From the NCBI GenBank assembly GCA_000999395.1, contig LCOM01000015.1, positions 1 to 34,912 on the forward strand: DNA of 34,912 bases, read 5' to 3'. A model generated the notes under the pieces. It was not told the DNA's origin and did no database searches. It saw only the letters and a list, made by a program, of their open reading frames with translations. This stretch comes from Parcubacteria group bacterium GW2011_GWA2_47_7 (GTDB lineage: Bacteria; Patescibacteriota; Minisyncoccia; Phycocordibacterales; UBA6899). The translations under genes and the position numbers were made by a program. This document shows positions 33,112 through 34,912 of the stretch, one piece after another; positions within the stretch are counted from its first letter, which is position 1; the number at the start of each line of letters is the position of its first letter.

Positions 33112-33127
33112 TGTTACACGTGAAACG
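33112..33127. promoter_or_regulatory. parS-like site
   Basis: TGTTACACGTGAAACG, 1 mismatch. A half-site TGTTACACG lies at 33095..33103. Confidence 0.6.
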
Positions 33128-33448
33128 GAAATCAAATTGAGTCTTTGTCGTCAGTAATTAAACAAATTTTGATATGATGTGGGTGAATTTGGTTGTGTAT
33201 TAGCGGTTGGTGTTCATTCCACAAGTAAAGTATTCTTCTCTGCACGTTATTTGTGGAGTATGCACTGATGGTAAAGATTGAACAGATTAGAAATATGTTT
33301 TAGTCGTCGGTGATTCAGTTTTGCGTTACGTCTTGTTGTAGTGAGATGTCACCTCTCACATCTATGAAATTTCTGCAGGCAGGGAACTGATTGTCCTTCC
33401 GGATAAATATACACTATAATAGTAAAAAGTGAGTTTTACATGAAGCAC

Positions 33449-33477
33449 TTGCATTATTTCATAATCTGTGATATAAA
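33449..33477 (+). promoter_or_regulatory. promoter TTGCAT-17-(TGa)TATAAA, 6 nt upstream of the ATG at 33484 (leaderless-type)
   Basis: TTGCAT at 33449..33454, a 17-nt spacer ending in TGA, TATAAA at 33472..33477, then aatatt-ATG. Confidence 0.55.
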
Positions 33478-33483
33478 AATATT

Positions 33484-33768
33484 ATGACTGATTCGAAGCG
33501 TACCGAATTGACCCTGAGAGCTAAAGAGATCATTCATGGTTCGCACCTTTCCACTGCGGACAAGACGCTCCTTGAGGGTCGCGTACTGTTTATTGCAGAT
33601 TCGATGCTTGAAATGTTTGTACAGGTCTGTGATGAAGATCCGTTTGGTGTTGATGCCGTCGTAAAGAGTTTGAAAAAGAAACTCGAAGCAGGTGGCAATT
33701 TAAAGAGTATTCACGAAATTATTAAGCAAGAACGTCGGGAGATAGAAGAGTCATTAGCAATAGGATAA
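33484..33768 (+). CDS. small hypothetical protein (94 aa, helical/charged)
   Basis: The only sizeable ORF here, with the well-formed promoter directly upstream. The next ORF starts 6 nt after its stop. No family recognised. Confidence 0.5.
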   Translation: MTDSKRTELTLRAKEIIHGSHLSTADKTLLEGRVLFIADSMLEMFVQVCDEDPFGVDAVVKSLKKKLEAGGNLKSIHEIIKQERREIEESLAIG

Positions 33769-33774
33769 ACGATT

Positions 33775-34912
33775 ATGTCAGAAAAATTTGATGATGTGAT
33801 AATAGGTGGGGTGAATGATTTTGAGCGGCAGAAATCGACCGATGCTATTGAGCCCGCTCCGTCGATGCTGGCAGCGGAAAGAAATGATTTTGCTGTATTG
33901 CCTCGAATCGAGGATTTGGAGGGAGTAGATCAATCTTCTCTTGCAATATATGCTGCGGAATTTCAAGCAAGTGCTTCTATAATTGAGTCACCCGACTTCA
34001 GTGCTGTGGCATATCCACAGAATGGATATTCAAATCAAATGGAAAATGTGTCGTACGATGAATCTCTTCGTGAGTTCATTGGGAAAACAATGTCACCGGG
34101 GATGCTGGATGAGTTAATCGCGGGTGTTAATGAACTTTCGGAAGAGAGAAGGGAGGAACTCAAAGACTTTGTTGGCGGCGCGACGGAGATTGCAGTTATT
34201 GCATCCGAGTCTAATTCACCTGAGTCACATGCCGCACGCGTGAGCACCATATCGACTAGTACGGCACTTGGCGAGCTTGAGAGTGTGGACCACAAGGAAT
34301 CAACCGATGAATTGTCTTACTGGCAAAAACCTGAGAATCGCAAAATTCAACGATTACTTGCTACGTTTATTACGGCAGTTGTTGCTGGCGTTGCTGCAGA
34401 GCCCGCCTTTGCTGGTGGGCGAAATCGAATGACCCCAATGCAGGAGCAAGAGCAATATGAAAGATCGCGAGTAGTAAATGCTGCACGTGCTACGGGAGTT
34501 AATATTCTTTTTGGGGTTGTGCAGCAAGCGTTATCACAGCAGGGAATCAACGTTGACGGGCGTGGACCAGTCAATATCCCAGGAACAGAAATGCCTGGTT
34601 ACGGAGGTGTTGTGACAACTCCACCAGTGTACGGGGGGCAAATGCCACCACCACCTGGTATGAATGAAGGATATCCCATGGGTGGAAGAATGAGTAATGA
34701 GCGTATTTCTATCGAGGCGAAGATCATTCGCGACAGAGAAAGGATTGCAGTGCTCGAGGCGCAAATGAAAGAAGATTATGCTAAGGCAATGCAGACGTAT
34801 GCCGAATTGCGGGTAAACCCCAACGATACGAAGCTCATGAAAACTTATGCGAACCAAAGTGCACGCTATCGGAAGACGCAATTGGACATTATGAAAGCAA
34901 AAAATGATTTTG
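33775..34912 (+). CDS. hypothetical protein, 5' part (ORF open to the right edge): one TM-like segment, a Pro/Gly/Met-rich stretch, then a coiled-coil-like region
   Basis: Absent from the ORF track because it has no stop. ATG at 33775, and my hand translation stays open for 379 codons to the window end: MSEKFDDVIIGGVNDFERQKS...LLATFITAVVAGVAAEPAFAGG...PPVYGGQMPPPPGMNEGYPMGG...ERIAVLEAQMKEDYAKAMQTYAELR... The minus-strand ORFs listed here (34035.., 34347.., 34534..) are probably shadows. Confidence 0.6.
   Translation, partial: MSEKFDDVIIGGVNDFERQKSTDAIEPAPSMLAAERNDFAVLPRIEDLEGVDQSSLAIYAAEFQASASIIESPDFSAVAYPQNGYSNQMENVSYDESLREFIGKTMSPGMLDELIAGVNELSEERREELKDFVGGATEIAVIASESNSPESHAARVSTISTSTALGELESVDHKESTDELSYWQKPENRKIQRLLATFITAVVAGVAAEPAFAGGRNRMTPMQEQEQYERSRVVNAARATGVNILFGVVQQALSQQGINVDGRGPVNIPGTEMPGYGGVVTTPPVYGGQMPPPPGMNEGYPMGGRMSNERISIEAKIIRDRERIAVLEAQMKEDYAKAMQTYAELRVNPNDTKLMKTYANQSARYRKTQLDIMKAKNDF

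Noticed and set aside
32477-33127. The repeated GTTTCACGTGAAAC-type motifs read as a CRISPR array or a MITE family.
   Set aside because: The repeats are 16-nt palindromes with irregular spacing (1 to ~165 nt) and both orientations are equivalent. Some lie in frame inside a gene. They match the parS consensus, and no cas genes or terminal-inverted-repeat structure are present.

Overview
The window looks like a compact, gene-dense bacterial chromosome segment. Its gene content suggests a CPR/Patescibacteria (Parcubacteria-like) organism: many small secreted or membrane proteins of unknown function, a PrgI-type gene and an HD-fused CCA enzyme. That taxonomic call is inference only.

**Left third (1-10.1 kb).** One tightly packed minus-strand operon encodes a minimal type IV secretion-like apparatus:
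- a PrgI/VirB3-like protein;
- a VirB4 ATPase split into two ORFs;
- a 1031-aa VirB6/TrbL-like polytopic protein with a long charged tail;
- several secreted or membrane proteins.

No relaxase, coupling protein or VirB11 is visible in the window.

**Middle.** This part holds housekeeping genes (PcrA/UvrD helicase, LysM-M23 peptidase, ComM, rpsO, pnp, XerC/D, ExoIII, CCA enzyme) plus surface proteins. Three genes look internally deleted and frameshifted: rsmA/ksgA, a DksA/TraR-like gene and pnp. pnp and a NYN-domain gene carry paralogous ~125-nt 5' leaders.

**Right end (31.2-33.5 kb).** This stretch is unusually gene-poor. It contains:
- tRNA-Arg(TCG) with a decayed tandem copy, and tRNA-Gly(GCC);
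- five DnaA-box-like 9-mers within 65 bp;
- seven parS-like 16-mers within 650 bp, some inside or overlapping the yraN gene.

Coding strand bias switches here, so I propose an origin/centromere region with no dnaA or parAB in view.

**Promoters.** A recurring extended -10 (TGnTAnnnT) lies 6-8 nt upstream of many start codons, which suggests widespread leaderless mRNAs.

All product calls rest on motif recognition by eye. No database search was run.
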